Shown here piece after piece: positions 48,701-58,480 of a stretch of DNA of 64,000 nucleotides. The stretch's first letter is position 1. Every line of letters begins with the position of its first letter. Both the position numbers and the translations under genes were made by a program. The notes beneath the pieces are model-generated. The model did no database searches and had not been told where the DNA came from. It was given only the letters and a program-made list of their open reading frames with translations. The stretch comes from a virus, in the IMG/VR virus record IMGVR_UViG_3300034112_000721, positions 1-64,000 of that record. The stretch is one strand, 5' to 3'.

Positions 48701-50656
48701 CTCTCCAGGTTTAGTTTTAGGTGCACTAGCTAATTTTTCAACTGCAGCAAGACTTTTTGGTTTTGCTGTTGCTCTAGCAGCACTAACATTACTAGAAGGT
48801 TTAGATTTATTTTCTGATTCAGAGATTGCCTTAGTAATATAATTAGCCATATTACCAAGACCACCAGCAGCACCACTAGCAATTAATCTTGAAAGCTCAG
48901 CAGCTTTTTCTTTTTCTTGAAGTTGTTTTATTGGATTACCTCCTTTATCCATTCTAGTTAATGAAGGTATAGAAATGTCTTCTATTATATATCCACCTTT
49001 TCTGTATTCTTCTATTTGATTATCATCAAGTTCAAGTTCAATATAACTAGGTGCTCCAATCATATTTCTTAAAAAACTCTGTGCATCAGAATCTGCAATT
49101 GAAGGATTTTCAGTTGCTATATTTCTACCATAAACATTTGTAATTGGCCTATAACCAATTTTTCTATCTTCATCTACAGCATGCTGAAATGTTTCATGTG
49201 CAGGTGATTTTAAATATTCTCCTGTATTTTGATTAATACTATATGCATGATAATAACCATCACTCTCTTTGGGTTGATCATAATTAAATTTTTCTGGTCT
49301 TCCCTCAGAATCCCAATAACCCCTTATATCATATGTAGCATCATCTGTTTGAAGATTTTCAGGAAGTGTAGCATAAAATTTTTGAAATTCTATTTCTTCT
49401 TCTGGTGACAGTTTAGTAATACCACCATTTTGTTTCCTTATAAGATTACCTATAGAATGTCCATAGCTTGCTTCTGGTAATTCTACACCATCTTTAAATA
49501 TTTGTCCTGCACTTCCTAATTTATTAATAACAGATTGTTTATTATCTATATGTCTATTTATTCCCAGTTCTTTTATTTTAGCTATCTTAGCTTTATCTGA
49601 TCCTGTTGCAAATATTCTATCTTCAGATATTCCCGCAGCTCTTGCTCTTTCTATCATATCTGGTGTTACTTCAGCTCTAGCAGATATTATATATTTTTCA
49701 TTAGGCATGGATTGAGCCATTTGTAAACCTCTATCTGTGCTAAGTGTATCATCAAAGTCAAATGAAATTATTTCACCTCCTATTTTTTTATATTTTAACT
49801 TTTTAAGATTTTCTAAAATGCTTTCTATTCTTTGTTCTTCTTGTCTCGCCTCTCCTTCTATTGTAGATGGATTCATATACATTCTTTCCTGTGCTAAATT
49901 TAGTATTTTCTCTTCTGGCATATCAGGATTTTCTTGCATAATTTGATCAAAAGCTTGATCAAATTCAACACCTCTTCTATCATAATAAGCACCTATTGCT
50001 TCATCTGATGCAACATATGGATTAGGCCTAAGACCTACTGAACCGTATGTACTCATTTTACCATCCATATTTTGTTTATCATGAAAAAGTTCATGCGCCA
50101 ACCACCAAGGATTATTTATATTTTCTATTGGACTATTTGGATTATATGTTATAGTTCTAAATGCAGAATTATAACCTAATTGATGTTCAGGATTATTAGG
50201 ATCATAATTTTTTATTGGAACATATGTTATACCACCATCTTGAAAATATGGAGAATTAGGATCAAAGATTTTATTCTTTACAGATTTTGATTTTTTAAAT
50301 AACGGGTTTTTTGTAAATAATATATTCCTAGCCATTAAGCTTTTGGAATATTTTTTAGGATACTTTTTACTACCACCTTTCTTAGCTTGTGGTATTTCAT
50401 AAACCATGTCTCCTTCAAACTGATACTCATTACCTGGAGTCATGTATTGTGCATTACCTAAATTATCTATACCCAATAAGTCATCTTCTACTCCTTTCAT
50501 GGTTATCTTTCCAGTAGGTGTAGGTACTGCAGTAGGAAGACCTGGGTAATCCCATTGCCCTCTTTCAGAAACAATAAATCCTTGAGTAAATCTTTTTAAC
50601 TCATTTGGACCACCGGGTAAACCAGCTTTTTCATATTTCTTAAAAGACTTCTTCAT
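45719..50656 (-). CDS. Multi-enzyme internal virion polyprotein (1645 aa): zincin, HAD-like, ART-like and SLT-type lytic transglycosylase domains
   Basis: HELFH...E (50081-50095). ISFDFDDTL...ISAR...K...HIDN HAD motifs. HGSP...F...GTYVT ART-like region. HESGLNP...ATGLIQFMP...EQLDYV transglycosylase near the C-terminus. Confidence 0.75.
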   Translation of the reverse strand: MKKSFKKYEKAGLPGGPNELKRFTQGFIVSERGQWDYPGLPTAVPTPTGKITMKGVEDDLLGIDNLGNAQYMTPGNEYQFEGDMVYEIPQAKKGGSKKYPKKYSKSLMARNILFTKNPLFKKSKSVKNKIFDPNSPYFQDGGITYVPIKNYDPNNPEHQLGYNSAFRTITYNPNSPIENINNPWWLAHELFHDKQNMDGKMSTYGSVGLRPNPYVASDEAIGAYYDRRGVEFDQAFDQIMQENPDMPEEKILNLAQERMYMNPSTIEGEARQEEQRIESILENLKKLKYKKIGGEIISFDFDDTLSTDRGLQMAQSMPNEKYIISARAEVTPDMIERARAAGISEDRIFATGSDKAKIAKIKELGINRHIDNKQSVINKLGSAGQIFKDGVELPEASYGHSIGNLIRKQNGGITKLSPEEEIEFQKFYATLPENLQTDDATYDIRGYWDSEGRPEKFNYDQPKESDGYYHAYSINQNTGEYLKSPAHETFQHAVDEDRKIGYRPITNVYGRNIATENPSIADSDAQSFLRNMIGAPSYIELELDDNQIEEYRKGGYIIEDISIPSLTRMDKGGNPIKQLQEKEKAAELSRLIASGAAGGLGNMANYITKAISESENKSKPSSNVSAARATAKPKSLAAVEKLASAPKTKPGEVNLAVRDFVQDAKEIDLKSKKDPYEEKNKIIYIDGDKMELKDPDADAKYKQWVMNIEDKNKNQTYLEDFGDWINENIFGAESDIERAYKSTYNPVKPKTYYYNGRQVTGNGPWNNYGDAPVQMVYPEMFFMGPSGGAAGLVGNALKSGSKYAKNVIWPALNTALPLGEGITTATAGTVTPFNIASLIFGSQSAANLADSDSESRKSLEKAYNNPTTSNILDAVGNVGLDALGILGSPGVINMFGAAPKAISNLGEFITTKTPLKNTYKYNPWAFKPNPEAAYRMIGDEAGLKDALESGYFRPSSQGSDIKIVHPETYYTMGVPSDTRKYFGHVWDRGYPGPYMTEVSNAAKDSRFTPLNTYFGSGKDLGDIVYTNPEKFIPTNEATIYKQHWLKGYKKIDVPKQLPGSPNSKFQSEIDWRNWVKYKEDFDNNPNVIQELNDIEKANKEAGTWMKNADGTPFQGTPEQFVIQQSSNFKKAFPIILRDSKGNVLPVKHGSPNKFVEFKEEHFGSTTDKGDKGVGTYVTPLEYSKDYGVNQYNLYVNAKSPLYASSFIDPSIPKSARAHLADPQLRNFHRNISEKMKNRGVKQYLDKDIVIGDEFYPNINENAFEMVVPFSNRMKSAVGNILLDMTNPNIYKSMLPYIIPTGLGVGAAAYGTNDGANYKSGGLIETNDNGIVSELTEKEIDKLVKQGYIVEDFSTPSLTKARTGMQMSGLDPAFQAKAQQVANNLGVSLEDLIGIMNHESGLNPAAVNPYTNATGLIQFMPNTAKGLGTSIEALKNMSAIEQLDYVEKFYKPVVGKAKDIGDLYMYTFLPAAVGKPDDFVLGASGSGIKVFGINQDALYNQNKTFDADKKGYYTVGDVKRRISKFSGRPLVGSSNQSIPGFESSTTRTPGEKTVVKTTIIKDMQNDDWQPRKEEEQVDPRIEQLKTFTKIIEPSLQNINNIYAAAMQQKRFGGNTRMFQDGGMIMDLSDKEINQYRKGGWIVEEID

Positions 50657-53600
50657 TATCTTATTGACATTTCATTTTTACTATTTACAACTTTTAATAT
50701 AAAGTTGATATCTCTTTCTTGTTCTGTAGCAAGTTTAGATAAAAATAAATAATTTAAGTAATGTCTAAACTTCTTTCTTTGAGTATCTAACTTAGCATAA
50801 TTTAAGTTTGCATTATTCAAAGTTTTAATATAACCATTTGGTTCTGTATTCCAAATAAATTGTTCAGAATAATTACCAAGAAGTTGTGTAGTTCCAGGAA
50901 CAAGAGGTCCTGTTGGAGGGTAATCTGACCCAATTGGAAATTCTCCTCTATCTTTTGTAATATCCCAATACTGATTAAACCTATACTTATTTTCTTCTTT
51001 TGAAAATAATATATCAAATGAAGATAAGTTGGATTGATTTAATTTAGGATATTGTAATGAAAGAGTAATATTATTTTTTGGGAATATGTTTAAATTAAGA
51101 TATCCAGATACTTGCTCTGTGTTAGATATAACTGCTTGACTAAAGTTTGCATCAAGAACATGAAACTGATCTACACAGTTAAATTGTGAATATCTATAAC
51201 ACTCTAAGGTATATTCTATTGATCTTACAATACTTGGAGCAGATCCTGTATTTATTGGATACTCTATTTCAAAAGGATATTGTGTACCATAAAAATTACA
51301 GAAGTCATCACATACATCATTATGTCTCCAGATTGTATTACCTTTTACAGTAAACAATGTTTCTTTAGATGAAAATACAAGATCTGGATGCCAATCATGA
51401 TAACTAATAAATACTTGTAATTTAGGGTCATAACTTACAGTCCATGATGCATCAACAAAAACATTTGGGTGCCCTAATGGATAATTTACTCCAAGATAAT
51501 TAAACTTATTTGTTTCTGGATTATAAGATACTTTACCTATATCCTTTCTTAACTGATAATCTTTCTTAGTAAAGTATAGTATAGATGATCTTGTATCATA
51601 TCCTGCTTGAACACCAATACCAGCTACTGGATTATCTTGATGTGGATAATCTGGAAAATCTTCTGTTAGCTTATATGGTAAAAATAAAGAAAACCACCAC
51701 TTCAATCCATTTTGTGAAATTTCTTTTATACCCTCACCATATGCAAAAAGTTTACCCTGATTCATTGATGCATAATATAATCCAGCTGGTGAGTATATTA
51801 CAGATCTTATATTTTGAGATGAACCATATTCAAATGGTGCATCAGCATTTACTGCAGACTGTGGAGGATTACTAAATAAACCACCATCTCCAATAGTTAC
51901 TTTTTTACCAGATAAAGTCTGTAATGTATCTATACCTTGATAGAACAAAGGTCCTGTAGTTGGGAATGTAAAGATCATACCTGTCATACCAACAGGTTTT
52001 ACCGTAGTAATTTTATCATTAAACTGTACATAGTTTAATGGTAAATAGATCAACCAATTATTATCATAGGATTGATCATCTTGGTACAATGAGTATAACG
52101 CTCTATTTGGATAATATGTAAAACATAATTCTGCAACTTGAGGATCATAATTTGCACCTTGTGTTGATCCGGCAGAAAGATACTGTGTAAAAAACTTAGT
52201 AACACTTAATGAATAATCATAGTTATAAAAGTTACCCTTAGTAATTACTTCTGGATTCATATCAAACAGCTGTCTTAAATCTGTATATTGATATGGTATA
52301 TATGGTTGTTGTGATTGTAAAGTTCCTTGTGATCTAAAGTCTACAAGTACATTACTCTCTACAAAGAAATCTCTTACACCAGAATTAGCTAAATACATGT
52401 ATGAATCCTTAACAGATAAAAATCCTGGATAGTTTCCTTCCGTATCATTTTGTCTATCATAATTATCATTATCTAAATTATAATATCCTTTTGGCATTGG
52501 ACCAGTACCAAATGTTGGCTGAGGAGTTAGTAAAGATATTATATCTGCAATTGTTGTTGCAATATTACCACCAGCAGCAATTGGATTTTCATCTTTACTG
52601 TATGGTGCAGTATTCATCCAATACCTTGCTGTAGGTATATTATTATATAATGCATAGTTCCATATAGTTCCATCAGGTAAATTATATAACCAGTTGTAAA
52701 AGAAAAGCATTGTGTTCTTTTCTGTAAATCTGTTTATATAAGTATCTCCTCCAAATATAATTTCTGATGTTGGAAGAACTTTATGAAATACTTGTCCATT
52801 CAACGGGCAGTTGCCAGATGTTGGTTGAGAAATTATATTATTAGGATCAAATTTTTGTTCACACGTTGTTGCAACAACTTGTTTAATACTATCAATTCTA
52901 CCATATTGATTTTGTACATTATATTTTAATCCAACATAATGACTTGCTATATTTCCTAAAAATTGTTTAAATAATGATTCATTTTTAAAACTCATATCAA
53001 AGCTTGGAACATCAGTTGCTTTACCAAGATTAATTAATGAGTTATCTTCTTGAAAACCAATTTGCTGTGTTGATCCAACATATGTACCAACTAACTGCGG
53101 TCCTATTGTTGGAGCAATGGTAGGTGATGTGTATGTTGTATTTGGAGCAGAAGTTCTAATAAAGACTGTCTTAGGTCTAGAAAGATTATTTATTGTAAAT
53201 CTTTGAAAATTACCAAATCCATTTAAATAATCTGGAACCTCTTGATTTCTATCACTAAGATAGAACCCGTTTTCAATTTTAAATCTTTTTAAGAAATTAG
53301 TATTAGGTGCAACAAATCTTGCATAGAATCCATGTGCTAATGATTGTAAAGCATATTGTCTAAATGGTAAAAATGCTTGAATAATTCTTAGTGTTGTATT
53401 GAACCCCTCAGTAAAATAATATGGTAACTGCACACCAATATTTATTGCGCTTGTTGCAAAAACACCAAGCCCTAAATTATTTAAAACAGTTGCTGTATTA
53501 TAATCTGTTATAAGTGTTGTTGGTGGATATAGTCCAATATTTGCATATGATTGTGCCGTTGTTTCAAAAATCTCTTCAAGCGTTAAAGATGCCGGATTAC

Positions 53601-56109
53601 CAGGTCCAGTAATTGCACCAGAAATTTGTTGAGAGGCACTATTAAAATAGTTATTAAGTTGTGTATAAAAGTTAAATGCATTACTTGCAGCAGCATTTAC
53701 TGTAAATGAATCAAGATCTCCTGGTGGTGGATTTGGTGGTGTTAAGTTATTACCATTACCACCTGCAATATTCCAATAATCATATTTTTGATAAGGGACT
53801 TGAAAATCTGGAAGAGCTGGTGATGATATCTGTTTCTTACCCAATAAGTTTAATAAAGCATTTCCAAGACCAGCTATAATTGCAATATAAACCGCAGCAT
53901 TACTCATCAACTGATTTTCAGGATGCTTATCTGGTATTACAAAAGAATGTACTGAGTTACCTTCTAAACTTCCATAGATTTTTAATTCAGTTTGGTTTAT
54001 AAAAGGATTTCTAAAGCTAGTATCTGGAGATGTAAATGTAAGAAGGTTTTTTGGTATACCTTGATTTACAAATGTTTCATTTCCATCTTTATCTATAGTG
54101 GTTGTTTTAATAAAAGGATCATTATAATAATAATCATGATCTCCAATATTTGCAGTATTATCTAATGGTATTGAACAGTTAAATGGATAGTTTGCATATA
54201 GTCCTGTTCTATTACCTTTTGATTGCCCCTGTATAGGATAAGTCCTAAAGTTATTAATCATCCCTTTAGCAACTATACTAAGATTACCTTCTCTTGAACC
54301 TCTTAGTATTTCATATCCAACTATATTAGGAATATCATTACCGTCATTATCTTTTGGGTAGATTATATTATTAAACTCTACACCCATTATTCTAATAAAC
54401 TTTTTACCATCAGAAGCATTAGCATTTTCTACTCTAAAGTGATATGTATCAGGTGTTAATGCATTATCTGGAAACTTGTGATGTCTAATAGGTTTACCAC
54501 AAAGATCATATCTTGGATCTTTAGTAGCTGTCCAACACTGTGAACTTGAATTCCATATGTTAGGTTGGTTATCAGGATATATTTCTGTAGATTGCCAGTA
54601 TCCCATTTTACCTTTAGCTAATACAACTCCTCCATCAGGTAATACTGGATAGTTAGGAAAGTATGTATCTGTCTGCCAAGCTGTATTTACAGTTTCAAAT
54701 AATAATGTGTTATCTACAAAACTATTCTTATCTGTATATGTATCAGCATCTTTTGTATTTGCAGGAACATTATCTGGATTTGGTGTTGGATAGTTTTCTT
54801 CTGGTCTTCCAGGAATGTGATAAGATGCAGATTTATCTCCAGTATTGTATACCCATCTTATAAAGAAAGCATATACCTCATCTCTAAGATAACCTACTTT
54901 AGATCCTCCAGTAATATAATAGTCTTCAGGATATTCAACTGACACCCATTTAGTATTTATCAAATTAGCAAGTGGCTGATAATTAAAATCAAATTTAGAT
55001 GTGGGAGCAATTCTAAGTAAGTACTGTCCAACATTAACTATCTGATCTGATTTCTCATATACTGGATTTAATAATGGTATAGCTGATGTTGGTATAGTTA
55101 TTAATGTCTGTGGTATATCATCTAATAAGATTGATGTTTCAGAAGTAGAATAATAACCAATCTGTTTTGCTTGAACATTTTCATTAATTGATCTAACTAT
55201 TACTAATTCAAACTGCTCAAAGTTTTCAGTGTCTAAATCTAATGTTAATAGTAATGATCCTTGTGAAACATCATTAGGATTATATACTGGTTGAAGATTA
55301 CTTGGAGAAAAATAATTAGTTACATTCTGACCCTTAATAGAATATGCTACAACGGCAAAGTAAGTTCCATTTTCTAATGTACCTGTACCAGGTGCAATTG
55401 AAAGTTGAACGCATGGTGTCTGTACTAATGATGCCAATCTTATTTTGTCACAATCTAAAAAGTTTAAATCTGTACATATTTTACAATCTCCAGGAGTACA
55501 TTTTTGTTCCCATGCAGTAATTGGCCATAATACAGTTCCACTTGATGAAATATATCTATTATAATTTATACCTGCTGTAGCTTGATTAGAGCCACCCCAT
55601 TGAAAAGATGAATCTGGCCATGTCTTTGGATCACCAATATTTAAATATCTATCAGGATTTAAACCATCTGCCCAATACACTTCCCACTTACAATCTCCCT
55701 TTTGTCTAGAAGCTCCGGTAATTAAATTATATGGACTAAAATTTAAACATGGTGCAGAAACAATTGGTCTATACAAACAATGTTCTTCTTCATATAAACC
55801 AATTTCAGAATTAACAGGTTTACCATTTACAGTAGCAACAGTAAATATAATCCACTTATCCGCATATAAATGTATAATACCAATAATAGCTTTATCACCC
55901 TGCATGGTCTCTCCACTTGTTCCGCAGAGATAGTTTGAGTCCTCATTAGATAAAGTACCTAGGTTACCCTCATCAGTATTATTGACCATGTTTCTTGCAT
56001 GTGTCCATAGTCCAGATGTTACAAATGATGGGTCTGTATCTTTATTTAGACCTTTAGAGAAACTATTTGTAATATTCTGAGTAGTATTTTGAAGACCTTT
56101 TTTAGCCAT
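50656..56109 (-). CDS. Tail stabilization / muzzle protein (1817 aa)
   Basis: N-terminal FSKGLNKD...W..ARN, GYLRDEVYAFFIRW, KPIRHHKFP, FGGDTYINRF and SYHDWHP motifs typical of crAss-like tail stabilization proteins. Confidence 0.75.
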   Translation of the reverse strand: MAKKGLQNTTQNITNSFSKGLNKDTDPSFVTSGLWTHARNMVNNTDEGNLGTLSNEDSNYLCGTSGETMQGDKAIIGIIHLYADKWIIFTVATVNGKPVNSEIGLYEEEHCLYRPIVSAPCLNFSPYNLITGASRQKGDCKWEVYWADGLNPDRYLNIGDPKTWPDSSFQWGGSNQATAGINYNRYISSSGTVLWPITAWEQKCTPGDCKICTDLNFLDCDKIRLASLVQTPCVQLSIAPGTGTLENGTYFAVVAYSIKGQNVTNYFSPSNLQPVYNPNDVSQGSLLLTLDLDTENFEQFELVIVRSINENVQAKQIGYYSTSETSILLDDIPQTLITIPTSAIPLLNPVYEKSDQIVNVGQYLLRIAPTSKFDFNYQPLANLINTKWVSVEYPEDYYITGGSKVGYLRDEVYAFFIRWVYNTGDKSASYHIPGRPEENYPTPNPDNVPANTKDADTYTDKNSFVDNTLLFETVNTAWQTDTYFPNYPVLPDGGVVLAKGKMGYWQSTEIYPDNQPNIWNSSSQCWTATKDPRYDLCGKPIRHHKFPDNALTPDTYHFRVENANASDGKKFIRIMGVEFNNIIYPKDNDGNDIPNIVGYEILRGSREGNLSIVAKGMINNFRTYPIQGQSKGNRTGLYANYPFNCSIPLDNTANIGDHDYYYNDPFIKTTTIDKDGNETFVNQGIPKNLLTFTSPDTSFRNPFINQTELKIYGSLEGNSVHSFVIPDKHPENQLMSNAAVYIAIIAGLGNALLNLLGKKQISSPALPDFQVPYQKYDYWNIAGGNGNNLTPPNPPPGDLDSFTVNAAASNAFNFYTQLNNYFNSASQQISGAITGPGNPASLTLEEIFETTAQSYANIGLYPPTTLITDYNTATVLNNLGLGVFATSAINIGVQLPYYFTEGFNTTLRIIQAFLPFRQYALQSLAHGFYARFVAPNTNFLKRFKIENGFYLSDRNQEVPDYLNGFGNFQRFTINNLSRPKTVFIRTSAPNTTYTSPTIAPTIGPQLVGTYVGSTQQIGFQEDNSLINLGKATDVPSFDMSFKNESLFKQFLGNIASHYVGLKYNVQNQYGRIDSIKQVVATTCEQKFDPNNIISQPTSGNCPLNGQVFHKVLPTSEIIFGGDTYINRFTEKNTMLFFYNWLYNLPDGTIWNYALYNNIPTARYWMNTAPYSKDENPIAAGGNIATTIADIISLLTPQPTFGTGPMPKGYYNLDNDNYDRQNDTEGNYPGFLSVKDSYMYLANSGVRDFFVESNVLVDFRSQGTLQSQQPYIPYQYTDLRQLFDMNPEVITKGNFYNYDYSLSVTKFFTQYLSAGSTQGANYDPQVAELCFTYYPNRALYSLYQDDQSYDNNWLIYLPLNYVQFNDKITTVKPVGMTGMIFTFPTTGPLFYQGIDTLQTLSGKKVTIGDGGLFSNPPQSAVNADAPFEYGSSQNIRSVIYSPAGLYYASMNQGKLFAYGEGIKEISQNGLKWWFSLFLPYKLTEDFPDYPHQDNPVAGIGVQAGYDTRSSILYFTKKDYQLRKDIGKVSYNPETNKFNYLGVNYPLGHPNVFVDASWTVSYDPKLQVFISYHDWHPDLVFSSKETLFTVKGNTIWRHNDVCDDFCNFYGTQYPFEIEYPINTGSAPSIVRSIEYTLECYRYSQFNCVDQFHVLDANFSQAVISNTEQVSGYLNLNIFPKNNITLSLQYPKLNQSNLSSFDILFSKEENKYRFNQYWDITKDRGEFPIGSDYPPTGPLVPGTTQLLGNYSEQFIWNTEPNGYIKTLNNANLNYAKLDTQRKKFRHYLNYLFLSKLATEQERDINFILKVVNSKNEMSIR

Positions 56110-57155
56110 TATATTATTCTATTGCCGGTTAAGTTTCTATAATATGCTGCATTAGGAGAATAACTTTCAAACATATAGTAATACTTACCATACATTGATT
56201 TTCTATTTGTCCACCACATCTTTTCAAGTTCCTTGAAGTTTGGTGTATTAACAACACTTAATGCTTGATTTCTAGCTGCTCTTAATCTTTGTTCAATTAA
56301 CTGCATTCTTTGTGCTACATCCTCACCATTAATATATAGGTTTTCAAGTATTCTAGATTTTAAAGCATATTCATAATATTCATTTATTAGATCATGATCT
56401 GGGACCATTAAGTATCCTTGATCATTTACCATTTCACCTTGATAATTTAAATATACCTTACCAGTTTCAAATGTTGTAAATAGAAAACCACCTTTTATCC
56501 AACCTTGGTTTGCTGTATTAAAATAAAGATTTGGACAGTCACATTCTATTTCTTGACTAGCCTTCATTCTTAATGGTAATAAATCTGTGTAAACTCTTGT
56601 AGCTCCAGAATTATTCATTACTTGAACTAGTTCCCACTTTTCCCCTTTACAATTCATAAAAACTCTAGGTGCAATACAAGTATCACCATAAGGATTGTTT
56701 GGGTCATACTCTGTAGGTATTGGATCTACTATAGGAAAATTAAGATCACATGCTGCAGTTTTGTTACATGGATTAGAATTACATGTTCTGCAGTTAACTG
56801 TTGGTGGTGCACACACATCTGTAGTAGATGGAGTTTCTTGGTATCTTACTTCTTGTATATTAGTTCCTGCAGACATTGGACCATATCCAACTTGTTGAAC
56901 ATAGTTACCGCATACTAATGCAAAGTTAAATACATAAAAATCATCTGGTAGTTTTACCTTACCATGACATACATCTAGAATAACTTCTTTAGTTTGATTT
57001 ACCCTTAGACCAAGATCATAATTTAGTTTTTTAACCAGCTTAATTAATTGCTGAGGCTCTATCATGTTTTCTAGAGCAAAGGTGTTTAAATCAACTGTTA
57101 CATCTTCTAACAATTGATCAAAAGTTCTATATCTAAGAGTATAATTAAAATCCAT
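56109..57155 (-). CDS. Tail ring/tubular-type structural protein with Cys-rich insertion
   Basis: KVKLPDDF and GKVYLNYQG...LMVPD motifs of podoviral tail ring/adaptor proteins. Adjacent to the muzzle gene. Confidence 0.6.
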   Translation of the reverse strand: MDFNYTLRYRTFDQLLEDVTVDLNTFALENMIEPQQLIKLVKKLNYDLGLRVNQTKEVILDVCHGKVKLPDDFYVFNFALVCGNYVQQVGYGPMSAGTNIQEVRYQETPSTTDVCAPPTVNCRTCNSNPCNKTAACDLNFPIVDPIPTEYDPNNPYGDTCIAPRVFMNCKGEKWELVQVMNNSGATRVYTDLLPLRMKASQEIECDCPNLYFNTANQGWIKGGFLFTTFETGKVYLNYQGEMVNDQGYLMVPDHDLINEYYEYALKSRILENLYINGEDVAQRMQLIEQRLRAARNQALSVVNTPNFKELEKMWWTNRKSMYGKYYYMFESYSPNAAYYRNLTGNRII

Positions 57156-57820
57156 TATCTAAGTATATTTTGACCATCATCAGGACCATCTGTTGGAACC
57201 TGCATAGTCATAGTTAATTCTTTAATTACAAACTGCTCTACTTCAGAAAATAAATACTCTGGAATAGTTAATAATTTATCTTGTGCTATCTCACACTGTT
57301 GAGCAGGATCACACGGATCAGTTACTCCTTGAAAGATAGCCTCCATTCTAATTGCTTCCCAATCTATATTGGGGCAGTATAAATATCCATTTAAATACCA
57401 AAAATATTTTCTTGTATTATATTTAAATGTAGTAGTCTTTGTCATTGAAACCCATGTACCCGGATCTGTTCTAAACATTTCTATACTACCATCTATTGAA
57501 GATACTGTACGTATAACAGGACCAAATGTTCCTTCTAATATAGTTGGTAGTTTATCTTTTGTTCTTTTAAAATAACATCCAGAATAAACACCAAGACATC
57601 CAGCTTCTACTTTATCTACATCTATAAGTTCAAGATATGGTAATACCTGAAATATAGAGCTAATCTTCATTAGCTTGAATTGATTATCCTCTCTCTTTAA
57701 AAGAGTCTGGCCATATTTAATTAGAGAGCTATAGATTACTCTATCAGTTAAAAAAGAATCTTCTTTAACTGCTTTTAAAGTATTTCTAACCCGTGATATT
57801 GCTTCACCTATAGTTGTCAT
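57155..57820 (-). CDS. Tail ring structural protein
   Basis: C.FKRTKDKLP and YFWYLNGYLY motifs. Position between the HU-like and ring genes. Confidence 0.55.
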   Translation of the reverse strand: MTTIGEAISRVRNTLKAVKEDSFLTDRVIYSSLIKYGQTLLKREDNQFKLMKISSIFQVLPYLELIDVDKVEAGCLGVYSGCYFKRTKDKLPTILEGTFGPVIRTVSSIDGSIEMFRTDPGTWVSMTKTTTFKYNTRKYFWYLNGYLYCPNIDWEAIRMEAIFQGVTDPCDPAQQCEIAQDKLLTIPEYLFSEVEQFVIKELTMTMQVPTDGPDDGQNILR

Positions 57821-58398
57821 AGTTCAAATTCATTATATTGTTTTAAGTCCTCCTGTAGCTTTTTTTGCATAGAGTTGACTAAAAAATTTTTAGTATGGTT
57901 AAGTTTTATTTTTGCTGTTGGTTCAACTACAAGATACATATTCCAATTTTCTGGATAAGCTTTAGAAACCGCTCTTTTAAATTCTCTACATGCAGTAAAT
58001 CCCCAAAATTCTCTATTCTTCATTTTGTGTTTTAATGCATAACTTGTAAAAAATATTTTTGCTAGTTTACCATCTGTTTCCCAATTCTTATTTGTAACAG
58101 ATACTCCATACTTCTTTGACTTTGCAAAATCAGTATTTTGTTTTTTTGGACTTTGACATGTTCCAATAAATATCCAACCTATTTGTTCAGGTAGTTGAAC
58201 ACCATCCCTTGTATCAATAACTGTTTGATAAAAAGTATTATTAAAAGATTTTATAATCTTTCTTAAGTCTTTATCATCCATCTGTTTATACTTAGGATAT
58301 TTCTTTTTAAAACTTTCAAAGAACTTCTTGTTCATAATTGTATGTACTTCAGGTCTATACCTTGGTGCATTTAAGTCTGGACTTTTAAATTCCTTCAT
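57817..58398 (-). CDS. HU/IHF-like basic DNA-binding protein
   Basis: Basic protein with RKIIKSFN...DGVQLPEQIGWIFI and WGFTACREFKRAV, matching HU-fold elements. IHF-like genes are common in crAss-like structural modules. Confidence 0.55.
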   Translation of the reverse strand: MKEFKSPDLNAPRYRPEVHTIMNKKFFESFKKKYPKYKQMDDKDLRKIIKSFNNTFYQTVIDTRDGVQLPEQIGWIFIGTCQSPKKQNTDFAKSKKYGVSVTNKNWETDGKLAKIFFTSYALKHKMKNREFWGFTACREFKRAVSKAYPENWNMYLVVEPTAKIKLNHTKNFLVNSMQKKLQEDLKQYNEFEL

Positions 58399-58410
58399 AC
58401 TATACTATTT

Positions 58411-58428
58411 AATATACTAAAAATAAAT
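58411..58428 (-). promoter_or_regulatory. Putative late promoter core (copy 3)
   Basis: AATATACTAAAAATAAAT is an exact 18-bp match to 45679-45696. It lies just after a terminator and 13 bp before an ATG. Confidence 0.65.
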
Positions 58429-58449
58429 GACTTTAACAAATATAGCAAT

Positions 58450-58480
58450 AAAAGCAAAACCCCCGCGAGTGCAGGGGTTC
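58450..58480 (-). terminator. Rho-independent terminator
   Basis: Minus-strand AACCCCTGC-ACTC-GCGGGGGTT followed by TTGCTTTT. Confidence 0.8.

Noticed and set aside
13128-57575. Numerous short + strand ORFs opposite the large virion genes, and - strand ORFs in the left arm
   Set aside because: Shadow ORFs with S/L/I/F-rich antisense composition, entirely overlapped by well-supported genes.
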